Of a stretch of DNA of 13,912 nt, positions 1-8,321 are shown piece after piece (within the stretch, counting starts at the first letter, position 1; each line of letters begins with the position of its first letter). The DNA lies in assembly GCA_963752255.1 (NCBI GenBank), contig CAVVXT010000016.1, positions 1-13,912 of the forward strand, in the 5' to 3' direction. The notes under the pieces were generated by a model. The model did not search any database, had not been told where the DNA came from, and saw only the letters and a list, made by a program, of their open reading frames with translations. Source of the DNA: Nitrososphaeria archaeon (GTDB lineage Archaea; Thermoproteota; Nitrososphaeria; JACIWG01). Both the position numbers and the translations under genes were made by a program.

Positions 1-237
1 TAGGGCCAGTATTAGGACCTTACTTTACATAAAATAATTGAATATAGTTTGCAGACCTTGTAAGATAGGCATCATGCATAGAGTATGTTACCCAACCTAA
101 AAGCAGCTTCGGAGGTACAGAAAGTACTTACAATTTTCAACCAATTCGGTTTACTCTCTTATTATGTTGTAAGGCACATTAAATTCAGCTATAAATCTTT
201 AAAAAAGGAAATCGTAATGGTTTCATATGACATTATC

Positions 238-396
238 AGAGCAGGAAAAACTACAGACCTAGACTCTATTAAGCAGTACATCGATTTAGGTGTTACCGAC
301 TTCAGTATTGGAACTGACATTAGCGTACTCTACAACTATAGGAGGGAGGAAGGTGACGAATTTAGAAAACTATTCTCCGATCTTGGAAAGTACTAA
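238..396 (+). pseudogene. C-terminal remnant of an HpcH/HpaI-family (class II pyruvate) aldolase-like gene
   Basis: RAGKTTDLDSIKQYIDLGVTDFSIGTDISVLYNYRREEGDEFRKLF resembles, from recall, the last barrel strand and terminal helix of this family (Y-x-D-L-G-V-x-x-F-x-I-G-T-D-x-x-x-L). The upstream half of ORF 85..396 shows no such similarity. Confidence 0.45.
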
Positions 397-480
397 CTAG
401 CAAGTTTTAATTTATCTCTTGACCATAAAAAGAACGCACGTAAGCACTCGAACGGGTTATTCGAAATGAATATGGATTCT

Positions 481-498
481 AGAAAGATTTTTTATTAA
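481..498 (+). promoter_or_regulatory. Putative archaeal BRE/TATA promoter of the GHKL ATPase gene
   Basis: AGAAAG-ATTT-TTTATTAA ends about 28-30 nt before the ATGs at 526/529. Confidence 0.4.
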
Positions 499-525
499 GG
501 ACATCTTTTGCTATTTTAAGGGAAG

Positions 526-1500
526 ATGATGACATTGGAAAAAAATATTGGAAAAACACAAAGAGGAACCATGAAAGTTGGAAGCAAAATCCTAGAAATA
601 CTAAGTAAGCGAATATACACTACTCCGTGGAATTCTCTTAAAGAATTAGTTAGCAATTCATTTGATGCAGACGCTACAGAGGTGCATATAAACTACCTGC
701 CTGAAGAAAATAAATTAATTGTTAAAGATGATGGTATAGGAATGGATTATAAGGATTTTGATGAACACTTTACATTTATTGTGGGTTCTTTGAAAAGGCT
801 ACATGGAGAAAAAACTCCAAGATTTCAACGCCCAATTATGGGTAAGGTCGGTGTAGGGTTTATAGCAATTTCTGAATTATGCGATAAAGTTAAAGTGATT
901 TCTGGAAAGGAGGATTCTGATACCTACTTTGTAGCTAACATAGACTTTGTAAGAATAACAGCTAAAGAGTCAACTGGTAAAGAATTTTATGAGGTTAGCC
1001 AATATGATCTAACAAATTATGAAAAAAAGGATTTGAGAGAACACTATACTATAATAGAACTTATAAATCTAAAAGAGACATTTAAAGACATCTTGGATAA
1101 TAAGGCCACTCCTAACTTATCTTACAATGTCATTAAATCTAAAGAATATGAGGGAATTGTTTCAGAAATCTTAGAAAAAGAAACTAGTAATATAAGAAGT
1201 GATTTTGGACCATACTGGGACTTTTTAGTTAATTTTTCAAACGTTATACCTATCGAATATCTAGATGATGGTCCAATATCTTTTCAAAATAAGAATCTCT
1301 CCGAATTAAAAAATGAACTATCCAAAGGGTATATTGAAACCGAAAATGTTATTAAAAAAATAAAATCTGAACTTGTGAGATATAATTTCAAGGTATATTT
1401 CAATGGTTTACTACTAAAGAAATTCCCTTTCCATCATTTGGAGTTGCAAAGTTGGAAGCTAAAAGATACTACAGTTAAGAATGATATGTTCACATTATAA
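526..1500 (+). CDS. GHKL-family ATPase (HATPase_c_3, prokaryotic MORC-like), probably C-terminally truncated
   Basis: Bergerat-fold motifs: N-box LKELVSNSFDADA, G1 VKDDGIGM, G2 RPIMGKVGVGFIA, plus an N-terminal LSKRIYT segment. The ORF ends shortly after FKVYFNGLLLKK with no recognisable second (S5-fold) domain. It is visibly more AT-rich than its neighbours. Confidence 0.8.
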   Translation: MMTLEKNIGKTQRGTMKVGSKILEILSKRIYTTPWNSLKELVSNSFDADATEVHINYLPEENKLIVKDDGIGMDYKDFDEHFTFIVGSLKRLHGEKTPRFQRPIMGKVGVGFIAISELCDKVKVISGKEDSDTYFVANIDFVRITAKESTGKEFYEVSQYDLTNYEKKDLREHYTIIELINLKETFKDILDNKATPNLSYNVIKSKEYEGIVSEILEKETSNIRSDFGPYWDFLVNFSNVIPIEYLDDGPISFQNKNLSELKNELSKGYIETENVIKKIKSELVRYNFKVYFNGLLLKKFPFHHLELQSWKLKDTTVKNDMFTL

Positions 1501-1610
1501 GGTACTTATACCTATACATGCAGTTTACATGCACTATGTCCAATAAACTCAATTAGTACAAGATTGGTTGAAATCTAAAATTATCTTCTATAAACAGTTT
1601 TCATAGCATA

Positions 1611-1649
1611 GGAAAGACTTATATAACATTATTTAAAATATTTTAAATA
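1611..1649 (+). promoter_or_regulatory. BRE/TATA promoter (probably leaderless) with a 20-bp palindromic candidate operator
   Basis: GGAAAGAC-TTATATAA (TATA 1619..1626) lies about 23 nt before ATG 1649. The perfect palindrome TATTTAAAATATTTTAAATA occupies 1630..1649. Confidence 0.6.
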
Positions 1650-3061
1650 TGAAGAAGCTAAGAATAGGTTTTGTCCCTTTACACAGAAAAGGCTTTGATG
1701 AGAAATGGGCTGTTGAAATAAAGAATAGAGTTGTGAAGGCATCTGCAAAGCTTGAGATGGTTGAATTAGTTTATCCTGACGATTCACTTACTAATATGGG
1801 TTTGGTTTGCGACGACGTGGATGCACAGAAGGCCGTCCGTCTTTTCAAAGAGAAGGATGTGAAAGGAATTTTGTTGGGAACCATGACCTTTGGAGAGGAG
1901 TTAGCGGGGGTTACAGTAGCTGAAGAATTCCAGAGATATCCTTTGATGGTTTTTGGAACTAAAGAGCCCGAAACAAAGCCATCGGTATTTAGATGGTCGG
2001 ACTCCTTTTGTGGCACACTGTCTTTGGCTTCTGATCTATATAGGAGGAAGATACCCTTCATATTTTTAGGAATAGTCTTTCCGGAGGAAGAAGCCTTCTT
2101 GAAGGGCTTAGAAAATTTTGTAAGAGCGTCTGCAGTAGTCAGAAGCTTTCTAGGTGCAAGAGTGGGCTTAGTAGGTCAAAGACCTGAAGGTTTTGAAACA
2201 GTTACATACAATGAAGCTGTTATGGCAGAGCTTTACAAGCAGAGGGTCATTCATGCTACCATCTTTTCAATAGTAGAGGCGGCAAGAAAGCTTAATGATC
2301 AAGACAAAGACGTAACTAAAATCATAAAGGACATGGAGACCATCAATGTTGCAGGGGTTCCTAGCAAGGATTTGGTTAAGATGGCGAAGTTAGAGGTAGC
2401 CTTGAGAAATCTCGTAAATGAAAAAAGCTTGGATGTAACGGGCATCAGATGTTGGACTGAAATAGAAAATTACTACGGAATTTATCCATGCTCTACAATG
2501 GGTAGATTGACTCAATCTGGTATAATGACTTCTTGTGAAGCTGATGTCTATGGCGTTTTAACTATGCTCATGCAATATAAAGCATCCCTTGAAACTTCAC
2601 CACCGCACTTTATTGACTGGACAATAATGAATCCTAAAGATCGCAATGTCTTCCTTGCTTGGCACTGTGGTAACGCCCCCTCAAACCTCGCATGTCCTGA
2701 TTCCCCTTCAGCCCTCACCTACCACAATGGTCACTACACATCAACAGGAGAAAAATGCTATGGTACCATGGATATGATCCTAAAACCAGGCGTAGTCACA
2801 TTATGCAGACTTGCAGAATATAATGGCCAATTCAAGATGCTCATAACCAAGGGAGAAATCGTAAAGATGAACGATGAACTAAGCAGAAAAGCATTAAAAG
2901 CTGGATCATCAGCATGGGTAAAAGTAGCTGACCTTGATAAATTATATAGAACTCTTGTGGAAGAAGGCTTCATACACCATGCAAGTATGATACATGGTGA
3001 CTACAGTGAATGTATAAGACAAGCTTGCGTGCTTCTAAACATAAAGGTAATCGAAGTCTAA
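1649..3061 (+). CDS. L-fucose/L-arabinose isomerase family protein (FucI/AraA-like)
   Basis: Intact 470-aa ORF with family motifs TFGEE, SDSFCG, RVGLVGQRPEGFET, IRCWTE, SCEADVYG (metal-binding E-x-D), WHCG, and C-terminal GFIHHASMIHGD. Confidence 0.9.
   Translation: MKKLRIGFVPLHRKGFDEKWAVEIKNRVVKASAKLEMVELVYPDDSLTNMGLVCDDVDAQKAVRLFKEKDVKGILLGTMTFGEELAGVTVAEEFQRYPLMVFGTKEPETKPSVFRWSDSFCGTLSLASDLYRRKIPFIFLGIVFPEEEAFLKGLENFVRASAVVRSFLGARVGLVGQRPEGFETVTYNEAVMAELYKQRVIHATIFSIVEAARKLNDQDKDVTKIIKDMETINVAGVPSKDLVKMAKLEVALRNLVNEKSLDVTGIRCWTEIENYYGIYPCSTMGRLTQSGIMTSCEADVYGVLTMLMQYKASLETSPPHFIDWTIMNPKDRNVFLAWHCGNAPSNLACPDSPSALTYHNGHYTSTGEKCYGTMDMILKPGVVTLCRLAEYNGQFKMLITKGEIVKMNDELSRKALKAGSSAWVKVADLDKLYRTLVEEGFIHHASMIHGDYSECIRQACVLLNIKVIEV
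1694..1726 (+). repeat. 33-bp exact direct repeat, copy 1 (isomerase codons 16-26)
   Basis: TTTGATGAGAAATGGGCTGTTGAAATAAAGAAT is identical to 9229..9261. Confidence 0.95.
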
Positions 3062-3309
3062 ATAAACTCCCTATCCTATAGTCTTTAAGGTCTTCGCAGC
3101 TTAAAGGATTTGTCTTTAATAGTTAGTAATATCGCCAAAAAATAGTTATCCAGATATCCGTTCACCCTTCTTCAATCTCCTTAGAATCGCTATGAAACCT
3201 TCATGACACATCAACTTATACCAGACGTGCCGGTCTTATATCAGAATTAGAGTGTACTTCTTCAAACGTCAATATCGACTACATTTTTCATATCCAACTC
3301 GTATCTTAT

Positions 3310-3358
3310 TTTTATATTTTAAATAATAATAATAAGAATTTTATATTTTAAATAATAA
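3310..3358 (+). repeat. 20-bp direct repeat x2 upstream of the permease promoter
   Basis: TTTTATATTTTAAATAATAA at 3310..3329 and 3339..3358 (29-bp period). Confidence 0.85.
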
Positions 3359-3382
3359 AAAGAAGAAGAAAGGATAAAGACA

Positions 3383-3398
3383 CAAAAAACTTTAAATG
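3383..3398 (+). promoter_or_regulatory. Putative BRE/TATA promoter of the permease pair
   Basis: CAAAAAAC-TTTAAATG lies about 25-30 nt before the ATGs at 3424/3427. Confidence 0.5.
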
Positions 3399-3423
3399 CC
3401 ATTGAGACGTACGGATAGGCCAT

Positions 3424-4382
3424 ATGATGCGCATTAAGGCAGAATTATTGCGTGTTGAGGTAATAGTTTTAATATTGACTGCAGTAATTTTTGTTCTTTT
3501 TTATATTACTGAACCCAGTTTCGCTACGTCTGGGAATCTATTTCTTTTCGCTACTTTTTCTGCAGAGCTGGGTTTAGTTGCTTTCGGTGAGTTGTTTGTA
3601 TTAGTATCTGGTGAAGTAGATCTCTGCCAGGGGGAGTTTTCGCGCTTACTTGCTGGGTGTATGATGGCATTGCTGTCGGCCTGGGCGGTTCACTTCTTTT
3701 GGCTGCGATACCAACCCTCATATTTGCACTCAGTATCGGTTTCCTTCAAGGATATCTTTGCTTAAGATTGAGAGTACCAGCCTTTATTGTAACGTTGGTC
3801 GGAATGTTGTTATGGAGAGGCATTATGACTGCTATTACGGGGGGAGTAAATTACAGCTACCTAGGTGACAAGACAACTTTATTCTCAACCATCTTGGAAG
3901 GTAATATAGGAGGATTTCCTATTGTTTTTTTCTGGTTCATCGTTTTTGCGGTAATCTTCACACTCTTACTTACAAGGACTAAGTTCGGCAATCATGTACT
4001 TGCTGTTGGAGGCAATCCCACGGTTGCCAGAAACGTCGGAGTTCGAGTTGAGAGAACCAAGATACTCAGTTTTGCGCTCTGCTCATTAATGGCAGGTGTG
4101 GCAGCCATCTTTTACTTCAACCGTATTTTTTTCATAGCGCCGGACACACAGGTCGGAATCGAACTGTTTGGAATTTGCGCTTGTGTAATCGGTGGAGCGA
4201 TGGTGGGCGGAGGACATGGTAACGTAATGGGAGCAGCTTTAGGGGCGATAACCGTTATAATGCTTAGATTTGGATTACCTATGATTGGTGTACCAGCAAA
4301 TTTATTCACGGCTATTGTCGGTATAGCTCTTCTTGTGTTTGCAATTGTTCATCTTAAGATGAAGGGGATGTCTGTTGGATAG
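3424..4382 (+). CDS. CUT2 sugar ABC transporter permease 1 (RbsC-like); one missing base near 3625 splits ORFs 3424..3765 and 3657..4382
   Basis: Adding one base at GAT CTC T[.]G CCA can give VLVSGEVDL(S)PGGVFALTCWVYDG, the canonical GxIDLSxG motif. VPAFIVTL...RG, RTKFGNHVLAVGGN and ACVIGG follow. Confidence 0.9.
3943..4073 (+). repeat. 131-bp exact repeat, copy 1 (in permease 1)
   Basis: Identical base for base to 4901..5031; encodes FAVIFTLLLTRTKFGNHVLAVGGNPTVARNVGVRVERTKILSF. Confidence 0.95.
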
Positions 4383-5406
4383 TCGGACGGAGAAAATCAA
4401 GGCCACATTTGGGTCAATCGAAGTTAGAATGCTTCTAGCTGCAGCGGTGATACTTTTAGTATTCGGTACGGTAAATTCACGCTTTTTCTCAGCAAACGTC
4501 TGGAAAGCGATATTATTGGCAGCAGGAGACATCGGTTTTCTAGCGATTGGTCAAGCCATTGTGATTGCTGTTCGCGAGATAGATCTGTCAGTGGCCTCGG
4601 TATGGGCTTTGTGTGCATATCTTTTTGCCGTAATGGCAAATAGTGGTATTAACGCTTTGTTGGCTCTGATAATCATTTTAGCGATAGGGGCTCTAATAGG
4701 TTGTGCTAATGGTCTTCTGAGGGTGAGGACCGGAATCCCTTCCTTTTTAACGACAATAGCTTCAATGTGGATTGTAAGAGGCCTAGTATATATAATAGAT
4801 CCGAATTCCTATACTTATCTCAAAATTACACAATCAATATTGTTAGATGTCTGGAAAGGCTCCGTAGGCATAATTCCTGATTCTTTTTTGTGGGTAGCCT
4901 TTTTTGCGGTAATCTTCACACTCTTACTTACAAGGACTAAGTTCGGCAATCATGTACTTGCTGTTGGAGGCAATCCCACGGTTGCCAGAAACGTCGGAGT
5001 TCGAGTTGAGAGAACCAAGATACTCAGTTTTATGCTCTGTTCGTTAATGGCAGCTTTCGGAGGTGCAGTAATGATAGTCGAGTACGAAATCATGACGCCG
5101 GTTGCTGGACTGCAAGCTTCATTTGGGGCTGGATTAGAATTCGAAGCAATAGCTGTTTGTCTGATAGGCGGTGTGTCCCTCTTGGGAGGACGTGCTAGTT
5201 TTCCAGCGTTGTTTGTTGCAATTGTCACCTACGCGTCGCTCAAAAGCGGGCTTATACTAATTGGACTCCCAGGATACTGGTATATTCCATGTACAGGAGT
5301 AGCGATATTTGTTTTTGTTCTCTTACATAGAATCGGCAGAAAAGGCACTAGAAGTGAAGTCTCTTATTATATAATACCAGGAAATATAAGCAGCAGTACA
5401 ATTTGA
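4375..5406 (+). CDS. CUT2 sugar ABC transporter permease 2 (RbsC-like)
   Basis: Motifs REIDLSVAS, IPSFLTT...RG, RTKFG...VGGN, EFEAIAVCLIGGVSLLGGR. The TTG start overlaps the end of permease 1 by 8 nt, with GAAGGGGA upstream. Confidence 0.92.
   Translation: MDSRTEKIKATFGSIEVRMLLAAAVILLVFGTVNSRFFSANVWKAILLAAGDIGFLAIGQAIVIAVREIDLSVASVWALCAYLFAVMANSGINALLALIIILAIGALIGCANGLLRVRTGIPSFLTTIASMWIVRGLVYIIDPNSYTYLKITQSILLDVWKGSVGIIPDSFLWVAFFAVIFTLLLTRTKFGNHVLAVGGNPTVARNVGVRVERTKILSFMLCSLMAAFGGAVMIVEYEIMTPVAGLQASFGAGLEFEAIAVCLIGGVSLLGGRASFPALFVAIVTYASLKSGLILIGLPGYWYIPCTGVAIFVFVLLHRIGRKGTRSEVSYYIIPGNISSSTI
4901..5031 (+). repeat. 131-bp exact repeat, copy 2 (in permease 2)
   Basis: Identical to 3943..4073. 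Confidence 0.95.
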
Positions 5407-5420
5407 AACAATAGGATACA

Positions 5421-5443
5421 TTTCTTATTTTTTTCTCTTTTTT
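5421..5443 (+). terminator. Oligo-T archaeal-type terminator after permease 2
   Basis: TTTCTTATTTTTTTCTCTTTTTT begins 15 nt after the stop at 5406. Confidence 0.5.
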
Positions 5444-5478
5444 GTACTAATGATAGCAATTTTTAGGTTATTAGCCTA

Positions 5479-5505
5479 GAAAAGAGTATTTAAAATGTTT
5501 ATATA
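5479..5505 (+). promoter_or_regulatory. Putative dedicated promoter for the solute-binding protein gene
   Basis: GAAAAGAG-TATTTAAAA and TTTATATA (5498..5505), the latter about 23 nt before ATG 5529. Confidence 0.5.
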
Positions 5506-5528
5506 CATCTAGGTATTATTATCAAAGC

Positions 5529-6726
5529 ATGAGTCAAGAACCAAAAAAAGTCGAAAGAAGGAGTTTTCTTAACTATGCAGCCGCTATTATCGCAACAGGT
5601 GTTGTGGTCGGTGCAGGTGTATACTTATTAAAACCATCTTCAAATACAACAAGTACTCAAACAGTTACTTCTACTGTAGCTGGTCAACCAGTTACTACAA
5701 CGCTTACTACAACTACTACAACTACAGCTGCTGGTACCGGAGTATCTACTACAACAGTTACTTCAACTGTGGCTGGTACGACAATTACTCCAGAAAAAAA
5801 TTACACGATCTGGATGGCTGACCATGGGGAAGTCGGCAGCTCGTTTTGGGGAGTTTGTTACAAAGGTGTAGCCGACGCGATGACAATATTGAGTGCTACA
5901 GGGTACGCGAACATAAATTTCAAACACACCTATACCAATGAGGATTATGCGAAACAAGCCGACGACCTAAAGACAGCAGTCGCGTCAAAGCCTGATGGTA
6001 TTCTTATCACAGTTCCAAGCGACCCTACGTTGTTAGATGCAACGGTAAGAGCGGGTGTCGCTGAAGGCATACCATTCATATGTCTTAACGCCAACGATCC
6101 AAGAGCTGCCAGTCAGATGATGCCATACCTATTCTATGTAGGTGAAAATGCCTATGAAGTCGGTCCCGCAATGGGACTTGATATGTCAAGATGGCTTAAA
6201 GCGCATCTCCCCAGCTTTACACCCAAGAATCTTCTAGAAGCCAATCCGACGGCTGGGCACTTTATATGGGAAACTAGGTTGAAAACTTACGGGGACTACT
6301 TCAAAGCAGCTTGGCCAGGGTGTGTTGTTAATGAACAAGTAGTTGGAACAGACACCACGAAGATGCCGGATGTAATGACATCACTTTTGACACAATATCC
6401 TGACACAAATGTTATAATTGGATCAGGAGGAGAACTTGAGCCCTGCTACCCAGTATTTACTACTATGGGAAAAACACCCGGCAAGGATTTACTCATCGTA
6501 GCTCTGGATTCAACTCCTAAAATAGTTCAATATATAGAGAACTTAACGTGCGTTGATGCCTTCGATCAGCAACCATATTCTACAGGGATTAATACCAATG
6601 CAAATGATGTACGAATACTTAAGACACACATTTTCTATCTATGGAATAGTTTCTACAGGGCCTTTCGTAATCAACGAGTTAAACGCCGCCTCAGTAATTA
6701 ATAGCTCAAAAGAAGGATACAGATAG
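5529..6726 (+). CDS. Sugar ABC substrate-binding protein (type 1 PBP) with Tat signal anchor and Thr-rich linker; one extra T at ~6579
   Basis: N-terminal ERRSFL plus hydrophobic helix, poly-Thr linker, then SSFWGVCYKGV, KPDGILIT and GIPFICLN. Removing one T at 6578/6579 restores FDQQPYLQGLIPMQMMY...VSTGPFVINELNAASVINSSKEGYR* (TAG 6724..6726), the expected C-terminus. Confidence 0.9.
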
Positions 6727-6762
6727 ATAAATGGATTAGGCATATTCAGCCTAAGCCCCCCC

Positions 6763-6797
6763 TTTTCCTTTTTTTTATTTTTTATGTTTATTTTTTT
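6763..6797 (+). terminator. Long oligo-T terminator after the binding-protein gene
   Basis: TTTTCCTTTTTTTTATTTTTTATGTTTATTTTTTT lies between convergent genes. Confidence 0.65.
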
Positions 6798-6822
6798 ATA
6801 CAGTGAAATTAGAAGAAACAAT

Positions 6823-7306
6823 TTAGCCTGTTGCATTTATACTTGTTACATTTATCGTTACAGTTTGGGAAGCAATAGATTGACCGATTGGGGTTAAAAA
6901 TTCAATCAAGACACCAAATTTGGTGAGAGATGCTGTCATTGGTGGAAAAGTTAAAGTGGCGTTCGATTTTGATGGATTTGGCAAGGAAATTTCTGTCTGT
7001 GCAAATGCTCCCAAGACACCAGCCTGACCTGTCATGATTTTCCCCTGGAGGATGACAATTAGATTGTGACCGCTACTTTGAAAGAATACTTGAACTTTAA
7101 ATGCTTGTCCTTGATTAATACTGGCAGGATACTTTATATCGATTATTGTAACGCCATATGCTAAACTTTGTACTGTAAAAACGAGTACTAAAACTATGAT
7201 GATTATTGCAAGCACAAAGAGTAAGTCATATGTTCTATTTTTGATATTCGGTAACCGCATCTTTCTCGACACTTCCAATGTTTTAATGGTATCCTTCTTT
7301 CGGCAT
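6823..7306 (-). CDS. Hypothetical single-TM membrane-anchored beta-rich (Ig-like?) protein; likely true start ATG 7306 with one extra base at 7298..7300 (ORF track start 7278)
   Basis: A basic N-terminus and TM helix (LLFVLAIIIIVLVLVFTV) precede an alternating beta-pattern domain (YPASINQGQAFKVQVFF...SQTVTINV). AGGAGG (7320..7315) lies 8 nt before ATG 7306, which is 1 nt after the ATPase stop. Removing one A gives MPKKDTIKTLEVSRKM in frame. Confidence 0.65.
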
Positions 7307-7307
7307 T

Positions 7308-8084
7308 TTAATGGCCTCCTTCTCGCAATTTCGCTTTTCTTAGTATGTCTGTAATATCCTGTGGTTTTAGATCAGGTCTCTCCTTTTTACTCACAGATGC
7401 GACCGTTACCCCTCTATCTATGATTAAAAATTTATCTGCAATATCAAATACTTCATAAACGTTATGTGTGATATATACAAATGATACATTACTTTTCTTA
7501 AATCTATATAACGTTTCAGTAGCTTTATCTCGTTCAACTATGGAAAGAGCCGTTAAGGGTTCATCAAGAAATAAGACTTTAACGCCAAAGTGGTTAGCCC
7601 TAGACATAGATATCGACTGTCTTTCCCCTCCGGACATAAAGCCAATTTCTTCATCCGAGCTCCTTACCCTTATTCCAAGGTCTGCTATATTGGACGTAGT
7701 TTGACTACGCATTGAACCAACACTCAGGACCTTGAGGGGTCCATATCCTCTAGTTATTTCTTTCGCTAGGAAAAAATTCCTCCAAATGCTCATCGAATCT
7801 ACTAGGTTTGAATCTTGGTAAACCATATCTATTCCCGACCCTCTCGCCTCTGCAGGAGAACTAAAACGGACTGGTTTCCCTTCCAAATATATTTTTCCTT
7901 CATCTATTTGGTGTACCCCAACAATACATTTTATCAGTGTTGACTTTCCAGCGCCGTTGTCACCAAGCAATGCTAAACATTCACTATAGCCCAATTGCAG
8001 ATTTACGTTTTTTAAAGCCTCAACAGTCCCAAACTTTTTAGAAATCCCTTGTGCTTCTAAAATCCATCTTTCTTGAGCCATCAA
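7308..8084 (-). CDS. Single-domain CUT2 sugar ABC ATP-binding protein
   Basis: Walker A GDNGAGKST, Q-loop MVYQD, signature MSGGERQ, Walker B VLFLDEP, H-loop ITHN. Confidence 0.95.
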   Translation of the reverse strand: MMAQERWILEAQGISKKFGTVEALKNVNLQLGYSECLALLGDNGAGKSTLIKCIVGVHQIDEGKIYLEGKPVRFSSPAEARGSGIDMVYQDSNLVDSMSIWRNFFLAKEITRGYGPLKVLSVGSMRSQTTSNIADLGIRVRSSDEEIGFMSGGERQSISMSRANHFGVKVLFLDEPLTALSIVERDKATETLYRFKKSNVSFVYITHNVYEVFDIADKFLIIDRGVTVASVSKKERPDLKPQDITDILRKAKLREGGH

Positions 8085-8271
8085 TATTACTAACTTTGTC
8101 TTCTATTTAAATTTTTTAAAAACATGCATAAGAAAAGTGATGAAGTACGAACCATGCGTATAAAGAATACGCTCGAGCTATCCATGATCACTATCTAGGC
8201 ATTAAGAATCTTGTTTTAATGAATCCAAACTGTTATTCAATCCCTTCATAAAATAGAATTGGAAACGTATA

Positions 8272-8315
8272 CAACAATTTATATATTTGGTCAGAAACAG
8301 TAACATAGAAAGGTG
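8272..8315 (+). promoter_or_regulatory. TATA box and Shine-Dalgarno for the DUF4380-like gene
   Basis: TTTATATA at 8278..8285 and AGGTG at 8311..8315, 6 nt before ATG 8322. Confidence 0.5.
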
Positions 8316-8321
8316 TAAGAA

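Noticed and set aside
3062-3300. Coding-like minus-strand fragments (LTFEEVHSNSDIRPARLV, FIAILRRLKKGERIS)
   Set aside because: Possibly a remnant, but it is interrupted by stops and matches no family I recognise.
6709-7300. 12-bp inverted repeat AAAGAAGGATAC (6709..6720) / GTATCCTTCTTT (7289..7300) around the small membrane gene
   Set aside because: Several 12-bp matches are expected by chance in 14 kb. Both copies are in coding sequence, with no target duplication or transposase.
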